Positions 41,000 to 52,583 of a DNA stretch of 64,000 nucleotides are shown here, one piece after another. The stretch comes from Gnetum montanum (Eukaryota > Plantae > Gnetophyta). Every line of letters starts with the position of its first letter. The stretch's first letter is position 1. The notes under the pieces are model-generated. The model did no database searches and was not told the DNA's origin. It worked only from the letters and a program-made list of their open reading frames with translations. Location of the stretch: assembly GCA_015680685.1 (NCBI GenBank), contig MNCI01000529.1, positions 1,384-65,383 of the forward strand, read 5' to 3'. The position numbers were made by a program, and so were the translations under genes.

Positions 41000-43900
41000 T
41001 GATGAGTAGTGAGGTATCTCTACGCTCAACCATACGAATACGAGCATCTACGCACGATTCGGTCGAATTCCAAGGACTAAGTGCTTATGCGCCTTTGTGG
41101 AATAAGAATGGGTTGATCAATCATTGCCTTCCCAAGATTACTTGTATGTCACGATTGTATGATTAAGTAAACTTGAGGCATACGATTTTTATACTTGTGT
41201 TTTTAAGTCCTACTACTAATAAGGAAGGAGAGAGATAACTAAGTAACTAATTTAATTTGACTACTTATTAACTAGGCTCTAACTGATCCTAACACCAGTA
41301 TCTGTTCTCACTTGCCGTACATATTCTGAACCAGTGCAACACTACTAGGATTACCAAACACTAATCGTTACTAGGTTACCAAGTGTTACACACATGCTCA
41401 AAGTGATCGTATTGTGTGTGCTTACTTAGGAGAGTTGTAGGGTGAGAGAGAATCATTAATTAACTAATAAAATCATTAAGTAATATTAATTAGCATTAAT
41501 TAATCTATTCTGAATGTTGCAAGGTTATTCACAAAGTTCATCTTTATTGCTGTACACAAGGTGATGAATGGTGAGGTACCCCTACACTCAACCATATGAA
41601 TACAAGCATTACACATACAATCTAGTCAAACTCTGTAGACTAAGTGCCTACACACCTTATGGAACACTTAAGGTTAATCGTTTGTTGTCTTTCTAGACTT
41701 ACTTGTATTTGTCACAGTTGTATGGTTAAGTAAGTTTGAGGTATGTGATTTTTATATCTTTTATGTTTTATATCCTATGCTAATGAGGTAAAGGGTGAAG
41801 AAACTAAGTAACTAACTTTAACTAACTAAGTTCTAATTCCTAGCATTAGTATCTGTTCCCACTTGCTGTTCACACCCTGGACCAATCCAACCTTCTGGGA
41901 TTACCAAATGCTATTCGTTACTGGGATTACCAAGCGTAATGCACATGCTTGAAGCGGTTGTACTAAATGCACTTAACTATGAGAGAAGGGTTGAGAGAGA
42001 TTTAATTAACTAATAAAGAAATTAAGCGATGAATAACAAATAACAATAATTAAAGTCCTATCTTATTCCATGCACTACAAGGTTTATCCAAAAGTTCGTC
42101 TTTATTTCCGTACACAAACTTCTGCTCAGGTACAATATTTGCTTGAATAAAGATCCGTTCACTTTGGGACTTCTATTGCAGGCACATGGAAATTACTCTA
42201 ACTATGGAATGGAAAAACTACAAGAATTTGGCTAAGGTCTAGATCTAGATGGAGAAACAAGGGAGAGCTGCCTCTTATTTATAGATTTGGCAGCACGCTG
42301 CAATATCACATATCCGATATTCCAGGGGAAGATGTGATATCTCATACATGATATCGCGGCCCATGCGATATCGCATCCCATCACAAGATGTGCTTAGGTA
42401 CACAATGCTTAAATAAAGATTCGTTCACTTTATGACTCGTACTACGGGCACGTAGAAATAATTCTAACTCTAGGAGGGAGAAAAGGTAGGAGTTTGGGTA
42501 AGGGACTAAAACTAACTATGTAAACCAAGTGCTCCCGCCTCTTATTTATAGGAAATGAGGCAGGCCATGATATCATGTACGTGATATCACATGGAAGGCC
42601 ATGATATCATGGACAAAATATCATGGCTCATCATACCCCCACGACTGAATGAAAATTTGTCCTCAAGTTCCTTACAAAATATTGGGAAGGTATGGGATTA
42701 TTGGTTGAATGAGAACTGACACCAATAAGGAATAACAAACTCAAAGTGTCCGATGAATGAATCGACAAACATATTACAACATTGGTGTTCATACCCTTTG
42801 TGGTGAACAATGTACATGGATGACATCTGGACCTTCACTTGATAGCTTGAAGAGAAAGAGGGAGAAAAAAAATGAGGCATGTTGCTGCCCATGCAAAGAT
42901 TGCACCCTCCATTGTTTGTCCATAGCCACACAAGCAGACTTGTTCCTGATGTAAACGTTCCAGCTCTAGTCCATCTCAAGTGCTTCCATCTATTCCAATC
43001 CATAGTTCATGTAATCGCTATATGCACACACAACATAGTCACAAATGAGCAAGAATAAGTAAGCCACAATGCAATTGATACCTTGCCTCAATATAAAGTG
43101 CATTGGTTTGGTTGTGGTTATGGCAAAAACTGGGTTAGAGGTTTATTATTGATAACTACCCAAGGTGTAGGGGTTAGGCAAGTAGTAGAATGGAGAAATT
43201 AAAAAATTTGTGCTAGGGCCCCCACAACTAAGAGCGAACCTCCGATAGTAATATGATGGAAAAATATAAGGAATAAGAAAGATGGAAAAAATAACAATGG
43301 CAACACCAATAAAGTAGATGTCAATGATGGGGATGAAACTAGAAATGGTTGATTGGAAAGAACATTTAAGAAAAAGACCTTAACAATTGCACCAAAAAGG
43401 AATGCTAGTGAGTCCTCCCCAAAGCAGGCTCATGCCCTTTATGCCTTGAAAAACCCACAAGCCAAAGAGTCTGTAGGCTCTAGGAATGTCATTTGGAAGC
43501 AAGAGTTAAAAAACTTACCCACAAGAATTTACCAAGGAAAAACAATGCATCAACCATAATATGGACTAATCATAAAACTAGCAATGAGGTGGAAAATGAA
43601 AATAAATATGGAGAGTAGAAATGGAATGGAATCCTAAGAGTAATGTTGTGTAAAGTCCCTTGTGTATGTCATGGTTAATATGATTGAGTAGAACTCATTC
43701 CAAATCCGGACTTAAACCAACCACACTCAGTGACCTCGCATCAATACACTTGGCCAATCCATTCTATTGAAGCAACAAGAATGCCTCCACAAAGAGTCAC
43801 CACCATCCCAAGGAGAGCAAGATGGAGAAGCAAGAAGCTAGAAAGGGCCTTAGTTAGAGGGAACCTTCAAGCATGGCTAACATGTCTTTCTAGTGCCATA

Positions 43901-45343
43901 ACCAGTGCTTGTAGCCCATATTGCTTTATTATGTCTAAGGGGTGTGCTTTGAATTCCCACTTTTCTATTTTATTTTGTAAGAACCACACCATGCAAAGAC
44001 TTATTTTTATTCACTTAGCTTCTTGATATTTGATCAATGGTAGAATGGCAGAAAACCCAAGAAAAAGCATCCAAGGACCCAAGAGAATGATAAGCACAAA
44101 TGTATCAAATCCCCTTGAAGTCACATCCTTTTCAACCATTGAGTCCTTCCTTTAGTTTGAAAAATACCAAGCCACAAATTTATTAAGAAGCTGATTAGAA
44201 AAAAGGGACTGTATAGTTCCAAGCCAAGGGAGACCACAGAGTTGAATGGATGAATAGACGACTTGGACTCACTGCTTGTTTTATCAAAAGAATCATATCA
44301 TAATATTAGCATCATAATTCAGAGGTAAAAACAAAATATTAGTAATCAATAGTATATAATTAAATCCACCATCAAGAGCACTTATTTTATGACAAATGAG
44401 AGTAAATCAACCAAACAAAGAAATAGTAAAATGTGAACGATGGTGTAAAAAAAAAGAAAGATTGAAAAAATGTGTAAAACAAAAAGTACAAAAAGGGCTG
44501 AGGACCTAGAATGGTTGGCATAGGTGGCCATCTCCCCCACGACTGAGTTGGAAGGAGGAGATCCAAACTAGCAAGCAAGGTTGTCCACCAATAGAGGTAG
44601 TATGAGTACTGGATATTCTAAGCTCATGGAAAGGTTTAGTTTGTTGGATGTTGACCAATAGTTTCTTATTCGAGCTTTGAGGTTTGTATATCATCATGGC
44701 CCCTAAAGGAAAAGTTGCATGAATAACATAAGGTCCTTCCCACAACGTTTGAAATTTGGTACATTATGGAACATGTGTGGGATTCCAATAGAGAACCTTA
44801 TCTTCTGATTGATATTTAACTTTCCTAATTCTTAGATCATGACATTGTTTATTGAAGGCCTTGTGCAATTTGTTAGATGATACAGTGGCCAATCAGTTCT
44901 CATCTACCAAGTTAAGGATCATCAACCATTTTTTTTGTGTTAGATCAAGATCAAGGTTGAGGTCACATGCCATGGATAGTGTACGGAGCTCAGTTTGAAT
45001 GGGAAGTATTGGTAATTTATCATACACTAACTCATAGGGAGAGTAGCTTATAGGGAGTTTCCATGTGGAGCAGTACCCAAAGAGCATTTTTCAGTTTAGT
45101 GCTCTAGTCTCACCTAAACTTGCCAATGGTTCTTGTCAATATCTTCGTAATCTCCTTGTTGGTGAATTTGGCTTGACCATTCACTTGGCGGTGATATGGT
45201 GTAGTTAGTTTGTGCTCAACCCCTAAGAATTGCATTAATTTTTGAAAATTCACACCTGTGAAGTGTGTACCATTGTTTGAAATAAGTGCATGAGGCACAC
45301 CAAAGCTATATATGATTTTTTGTTGACCAAATTTGATAGCTGT
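41000..45343 (-). mobile_element. Athila-like element A: 3' LTR (41000-41561 plus 42389-42633), PPT, 3' non-coding region and integrase
   Basis: LTR termini TGATGAG...CTCATCA; PPT GTGGGGGTA on minus at 42634-42642; INT fragments at 45110-45340 (FGVPHALISNNGTHF, TTPYHRQVNGQAK), 44893-45087 and 44506-44745 (WEGPYVI). Confidence 0.85.
41562..42383 (-). mobile_element. Solo LTR B of the same Athila-like family nested in LTR A
   Basis: TGATG...CATCA termini; flanks CAAGG (41557-41561) and CAAGA (42384-42388) form a 4/5 TSD; colinear with LTR A over its whole length. Confidence 0.85.
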
Positions 45344-45366
45344 TAATGAGTGGTGAGGTACCCCTA
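45344..45366 (-). mobile_element. Left 23 bp of Athila-like LTR C, split by the Tat insertion
   Basis: TAATGAGTGGTGAGGTACCCCTA continues at 62765 as CACTCAACCATAC, matching the LTR A and B starts. Confidence 0.85.
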
Positions 45367-46941
45367 TGTAACGACGGAAAACGTCGGTCGCTGGAAAATA
45401 CCGAACGAAAATCCGTGTGCACAGTCTTAACCACGGATCCATGCGAGGGCCATGCTAGAGAAAACGAATCCGCAGTGCCCTGAACGATCTTGTCGATCAG
45501 ACAGGGACTTACTCAATTAGTAAATTGATGAATATCGCGATAATATGCGTATTATATAGATACTCCATGAAACAAACCGATCCAATGAATCATAAGAGGA
45601 GTAGAAAACAATGTAAATAAATCGAAACAATGACAACATTGACGCGATAGGGAGGATTAGATTTAGGAAAGTGCGCAATTCCAAGATCTATGTTTTGGCT
45701 CGAAAAATGAGTATATCATATACAAGGTTCCAATAGTAGACTCCGCTTATCTTGTGCAAAGTATACACAAAATAACAAGAAAATTGTTCAACAAGGAGTA
45801 CAGAATGAAGCTCAGTCTACCTCGTAAGCTAAGGATGGGATGCAAGGAAGGTCAAGCCTGGATGTCTATCGATCATCTGTTTCTGATCAATAAACTTTGC
45901 CAACCATACTAGATGATCTCTCAATCTCTAATCTGCTCCTTTTGCCTTCGGTAGTTTCTGCTCAAAGCTGCTAATGATCGCTAATGGAGAGAAGTGTATT
46001 TTTGCCAAAGACTGATTGCTCCTATTGCCAATGCTTAACAATGTCTTCTGTCTCTACTAAAATATAATTCTTCCCAAAAAGATGATGAAGATCTGCTGAT
46101 TCGCCCCCCAAAGATCCTTTCTTTCTTCGCCAACTGGAGTATTTATAGGTTCGGTAGTACATGAAGAGGGCATGACCCTGATGACACGTGTCTCGAACTT
46201 TCAGAATGTTATTGACTTGGCAAACTTTTTGTTGAAACTGGTCAACCACCCCTACTAAAGCCGTCTCATGATTACGCTACGATACGCTGATGAGCATATT
46301 GTGCGTATGGATAACAGATGCGTGTCTGGTACTACCTTAGTTGAATTTAAGCTGTATTATGCTCATTTATGCTGCGTAGTATGGCAGAGCGTAATAGAGC
46401 ATAGAAGCAATTAACTCAAGCTGTTTTATGATCACTTACGCCGCGAAGCGTAATAGAGCGTGAAACATGGTCAACTTTACAATAAGTTACACTTGTTTAC
46501 ACTGCATAGCGTAATAAGCGTAAAGCGACCAATCTACAAAAAGGAAGAAATCAATTTTCCGTGCTTCTTTGGACTCAGACTTTGACTTTCTGGAAGCTCA
46601 TTACGCTACTCTACGTAACGGAGCGTAAACTCAGCCTTGGCCAAAAGACTTAGCAAAGTATGTGACAAGTCTTAGATCTTAAACTTCATCCAATTCGCTG
46701 AAGTAAGTTACTTTCTAATATCGGGCTATGCTAAACAGAGTTACACTGAGCAAAACTATGCTATGTTGCATAATGTAGCATAAAGAGAGAAAATAAAGTA
46801 AGGTTGAAATTTGTAGGAAGCTCGGAGACTTGATGCTGCATGCCTCTTTGCCTTGTTCTGTCTTCTGGATTTTTGTCGCAAACTTTCGCTCGAATTGTGA
46901 ATCTTTGCCTTAGGCTGATTCGCAATTTCCATGGTGTTTCA
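45367..46941 (-). repeat. 3' LTR of the Tat element (1575 bp)
   Basis: Direct repeat of 61189-62759; differences are mostly transitions; preceded on minus by PPT AAAGAGGGGCCAT. Confidence 0.97.
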
Positions 46942-48121
46942 ATGGCCCCTCTTTGTTGACATTTAGAGGACTTGCGTGAAAGACGTCGACAAAGAATACT
47001 AAACACTGGATGGGTAAAAGTACCAACAACGTTCATCAACGGTTACTCAAGTGTCGCCCTGTCAAAGCAAAAGTGCACAAATGAGGGAAATGGAAGATAA
47101 AATGGTATGGGAGGGAATTATTACAGAGGTAAGAGGAAAGAGGTTCGGGGAAGATGCAAATGTGTGAGTGTAGTTTTTCACGCATAAGCACCTAGGCCTT
47201 CTCCTGCGATTGCGTTTGCATGGAGTTACACTATCATTTTGTTGAAGGGGCTTGCATAGACGAATTGTGTTGCATCTGTGTGGCCTAGATGAGTTGTGTT
47301 TCATCTATTTTGCCAACCGACATTTTTTTTTCTTGTCCACTAGGTGAGTTACGTTACGCCAGTTCATGGACTTGATTGTAATGTGGATGCAGAAAGCGTA
47401 TGTTGTGTATTCACGTTTTGCGTAAGGGAAACAGATGGGATGGATAAAGAGGGTAGTAAGAGCTAGGGGTAGGATTATGAGGAAAATAGGGATGCACTCC
47501 TGGGTGGACAGGCAAACTTAAGTGGCCATCTAAAAACACTGTCTGTACTTCACCGCTTAAATGAATGCATCTTTAAACGACATCCTCATAGCAAGTAACC
47601 TGCAACCAAAGAAGAAAATAGAGGACACCATTGCTTGACCGAATCACTGGAGAGGTTGTTGAAACAAGTGCCGTTTGGGGTGAGACAGAGTGAATGGGCC
47701 ATGAAGGAGGAACCATAATAAGAGGCTAGGGTCTTCAACATTGATGCTCAGCCCAACATATCACCGCCAAAGAATATCATACTCATTGCACCCAATTGGT
47801 TATGCAAAGAACCAACTAGGTGAATCTATGAAGCCAGAGCCTGATAGTGATGATGAGTGGAGATCCCCAAGGCCATAGTTGATGAGAACTCCTTTGGGGC
47901 TCCATACGGTGAAACTAAACTCTCAGAGGTACCACCGCTGAAGTGGGTACAATGAAGGCATCTTCGAGGGGTCAGTAGTATGCCTTTCAGCATATTTGAG
48001 GAATCAGCAGAATGCCTGTGAGGTAGCGACACTGGGACTGTCCCAACATCCCACCCCATTTGTTTGGCAGCCGCATAGAGATGACTACACTCATTTGATT
48101 CGCATGTTGGCAGTCTGTAGG

Positions 48122-48605
48122 TCCCAGTTTTAAGTCCTGGTAGACTGCCGTTGCTGGTTTTAAGTCCCAGTAGACCATGGTCCCAGTTTAAAGTTTGGGC
48201 GGACTGAAAACTGCTAGTTTTACATCATAGCGGACGGTGGTAGAGCTAATTTATGGTCTCAGTAGACCATGCTGTGGATGTCAGTTTCATGTCATGACCC
48301 AGGGACAGATCTGTGCTGGTTTCACGTCTTAGCAGATAGATACTTATCTGTGCCAGTTTTATGTCATGGCGGATAGCCTGTGCCAGTTTAGCGTTGTGGT
48401 GGACGCGTGCATGAAATGCCAATTTCACATCTTGGCAGACTTGTACAACACTACTAGTTTTATGTCATAGCGGACGATTGTAACTTGCTAGTTTTACGTC
48501 ATGGAGGACCATCGTTGCGAGTTTAGCATCGTGGAGGACACTTGAGAGGAATGCCAGTTTAGCGTCGTAGCAGACGGTTGTTGCCAGTTTAGCGTCATAG
48601 CAGAT
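48122..48605 (-). repeat. Array of 15 degenerate 24-bp units with variable 5-13 bp spacers in the element 3' UTR
   Basis: Plus-strand consensus TGC(C/T)AGTTTTACGTCAT(G/A)GC(G/A)GAC; begins about 35 nt after the pol stop in element sense. Confidence 0.9.
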
Positions 48606-48640
48606 GATTGTTGTGCCTGATGTTAACATTCGATATGCAG

Positions 48641-51600
48641 CTAGATGTAGTACTACTTCAGATATATATGGTTCACAAGATTCGGTAACTCGTTGCCATT
48701 GATATCTACTAGCTTGAATGCACCGTTGCCATACACATCAGCTACCAAGAAAGGGCCCTCCCAGTTTGTAGAGAACTTGCCTACTGGTTCACGAACAGGC
48801 TTGAGAACCAAATCTACCTTCTCGATCAAACGTTGTTGAAGATTATGACGGTGCTTCTGCCTCTGCTTATCTTGATACTTTTCGATGGTATCAAGTGTTT
48901 GTATTCGCTTCTCTTCTACTGAATCCAAATCCATGATCCGAGACTCGATGTGTTGAGCATCATTTATAATCGTGGAGAGGACCATTTGCAGAGAAGGAAC
49001 TTGTAATTCAAGGGGTAGCACTGCATCAAATCCATAGACTAGGCTATAGGGTGTATTGTCTGTAGTTTTCCTACATGTAGTATGATACGCCCATAGCACA
49101 TAGAGGATCTTTTCATGCCACCATCTCTTGTTGCTGTTGAGCATTTTCTTGAGCAGGTTGATAATGACCTTGTTTGTTACTTCGGCTTGACCATTCGCTT
49201 ATGGGTAATAAGGTCAGGAAAAAGATTGTTTGATACCAAGGCTATCACAAAAAGATTTGGTTTCCAGACTACTAAATTGTGGCCCATTGTCGGTCACGAT
49301 AGTCATCGGGAGGCCAAATATGGTTACAATGTTATCTAAAATGACATGGCGGATTTGTTGAGATGTAATCTTTTGCAAAGGAATAGCTTCCACCCAGTTC
49401 ATGAAATACTCAGTGGGGGTGATTATGAAGCTGTGACCTATGGAAGATTTTGGTGTGATAGGCCCTATAATGTCTAGTCCCCATCGTTGAAAGGGCCATG
49501 TTATCTGGGTCGTGTGTAGTTCTGTAGGCGACATATGTATAAGGTTTGCATAACGCTAACATGTGTTACATGTCTTAACCTTTGTGAGACAATATTTTTC
49601 CATGTACGGCCAATAATACCCTAAGTGATGGATTTTAGAGGCCATGGCTCATGGTGCTACGTGTCCTCCACATAATCCCTTGTGGACTTCACCAACTATA
49701 CGTTGTGCCTGGTCTTTGTTTACGCAAGTAAGCAGTACTCCATCAAAAAAGCGTTGACAAAGGGTACTATCTCCTATGATGACGTACTGCCTGGCTCGCT
49801 TACGAATAACATCTTTCTACGCGCGTGTTAACTCCTGTGATGGTTCGCCATGCAAGAGGTAAGTTTTAATGTTGTCGTACCACTCTGGCGTTCTATCCTC
49901 AAGCAGTGAAGATATTTGTGCTATCTGAATGATAGGATCTGTATAATCTGTTATTAAGGTGGGACAGGTGTCAAACAGGTGCAACGACACGTTTAAAGCT
50001 AATGTAGCTAGTGCATCGGCTAGTGTGTTGTCATTTCGAGGCACGTGTTGGGCATCGATCGTTGTGAACTGCTTTAGAAGATCTTTAGCCATATTGCAGT
50101 AGGGCTGTAGATGTGCAGCCTTGCAAGCGTAGACTCCTGTGATTTGATTTATAACAAGCATCGAATCGCCCCTAATTGCCAGGTGTTGAACATCAAGCTC
50201 TTTGGCTATTAATAATCCCCTGAGAAGCCCCTCATACTCTGCAACGTTGTTCGTATAGGGAAAGACCAAGCAGTAGGCGTGCAGACGCACATCCTCAGGT
50301 GATAGTGTAATAACTGTGGCGGCACTGCTGCCTCTAGTAATTGAAGCTCTGTCAAAGTGTAACATCACTTCAAGGCTTGTTAGAACAGGGCTTAGACTAT
50401 GTACATGCTCGTTTGGAAATTTAGGCTCTATGGTTGCTTGATTGTCAATAGGCAATGTTACTAGTTGGTTAGCTATTGCTTGGCCTTTCATAGAAGATTG
50501 ACCAATATAATGCAGATCGAATTATGCCATGATAGCTTTCCAACGAGCTAGTTTACTACTTTCGTACAGGTTATGCGTAATATCCCTAAGGATATTATTT
50601 TTGCAGATTATGTTGACCTGGCTATGGAAGAGATAGTGTCTGCACTTTTTAAGCGTAAATACTAACACTAAGCAATTATGCTCTACTTCATTATACCTCA
50701 TTTCATACACACATAGAGCATGACTCAAGTAGTGGATGGGTATTTCTGACCCATCATCCCTCTTTTGACAGAGTAATGCAGCTAAGGCTACATCTGATGT
50801 TGTGAGGTAAATGTAAAATGGTTGATCCCTTTGTGGTGGGAATACTGTTCTAAAGCGTTGAAGTTCTTGCTTCAAGCTATCAAACGCACACTGACAATCG
50901 TCTATCCATTCGAAATTAACCCCCTTTTTTAGCAGAAGCTACATAGGATGTAATTTATTGGTTAATCTCGCAATGAACCGCCTGATAAACTGTAACCTCC
51001 CTTGCAGCCCACGTAATTGCTTGAGGTTTGTAGGGGGTGTTAATTCAAAAATGGCTTTGAATTTGTTAGGGTCTACTCGTATACCAGTTTCCGATACTAC
51101 AAATCCCAACATGCATCCGGTTACGCACTTCTTTGGGTTGAGCCGGAGGTCGTATTTAGAGCATCTTTTAAGGACTAACTCCAGATCCTCTGAATGATCT
51201 TCTGACCTTATAGACTTAACAGCTATATCGTCAACATAATCATTCAGTCTCCCTAGGAGGTAATCGCTAAAGATATATATCTTAGCTCGTTGATACGTAG
51301 CTCTGGCATTTTTTAAACCGAAAGGCATCATGGTGTAACAAAAGGTCCCCCAGGGTGTCATGAATGTTGTTGTCAGCTGGTGTTTTGGGTTGATGCGTAT
51401 TTGATTGTAGCTCGAGAAGCCATCCATGAAGGATAAAAGCACATGCCCAGTGGTTGTATCCACTAGTTGGTCAATACTTGGTAATGGGAAATTATCCTTG
51501 ATTGTAGCTTTGTTCAAGTCTCGGAAGTCTATGCAGATGCATATCCCTTCGATCTTTTTGGGGACAACTACAATGTTAGATACCCAGTCTAAGTAATCAA

Positions 51601-52108
51601 CCATGCGAATAAAACCAGCCTGCTATAGTTTAGTGATCTCATCACATACTGCTAGTGTGACTTCTAGCTTAATTTTTCGTGCTTTCTATCTAACTGCTTT
51701 GATATGGGGATCTAGAATTATCTTGTGTTGTATTAACCTTGGGTCTAGTCTCGGCATATCTTTGTATGACCATGAAAACACTGTGATGTTGTTCTGGAGG
51801 ACTTGTTTTATGTTGTCATGTGCCTTTTGGTCTAGTAAAGAACTAACCTTAAGATTTTTAGTCTCACCTCTATGCGTAACCATAGAGACCTCGTTAAGGA
51901 GGTCTTCGGTTATATCTCTAGCTTCTAGATCTAGCGTGCGCATCGATTGTTCTGGCCAGTTTAGAGATGTTTCCGATGTGGCTATGGTTGTATCATTGAG
52001 GGCAAGGTTAGTTTCTACTAGCGTGGGATGAAATTGTCTAATGATTTCCCCATGGGGGCCTATTAAAACTAGGAGTGCAGATAATGTTTCGTCCATTTGC
52101 CAATTGTC
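48641..52108 (-). pseudogene. pol: RT, RNase H, additional archaeal-type RNase H, integrase (disrupted)
   Basis: RT DFRDLNKA, MPFGLKNA, YVDD (50939-51604); RH 50522-50875; aRH FDRAS, NNVAEYEGL, GDS, ADALA (49817-50491); INT WGLDIIGP, IVTDNGPQF, WEGPF (48653-49534). Confidence 0.95.
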
Positions 52109-52583
52109 CTGCAAAATTGCCAAATATGAAAGTGGTTAGGAAAAATGCTAAGTTAAATGTTACCAGTGTTAATGTATGACGCGTGGTTTAGTCTAAAAAG
52201 AAAAAGGATGTGATGTGACATTGCTTAGCATGAGCAGCTAACTGAATTTTGAACATCGTGAACAACCTATAATTAATGCGACCTGATTACGAGGAGATAA
52301 GATGCAGTAGTTTAAGGTCATTTCAGACCGTAATGCATGCGATATCTATCATAATTAATGCCTTGATTTTCGGGTTCCAATTCATACTGACACCAGCATT
52401 TGAGCAAGTCGGGCATCAAGTCGGTTAGTTTTGCATATAAGTAGGCAGTTCTTATCGAGAATAGGCTGTTGGCTATCATAAATTTGAATTCTTGGCTATC
52501 ACAGAGAGAAGGAGAAAGAGCAAAGGATTGCAGCGTGTTATTTGTGAAGGTGTTTAGGTGTGAAGGTGTTCAGGACTGTAGCA

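Noticed and set aside
42650-44500. env-like ORF in the Athila-like 3' region
   Set aside because: No long or conserved frame is shared between the two homologous copies.
48122-48605. CRISPR-like repeat-spacer appearance
   Set aside because: Repeats are degenerate, spacers only 5-13 nt, no cas genes, and the context is a plant retrotransposon 3' UTR.
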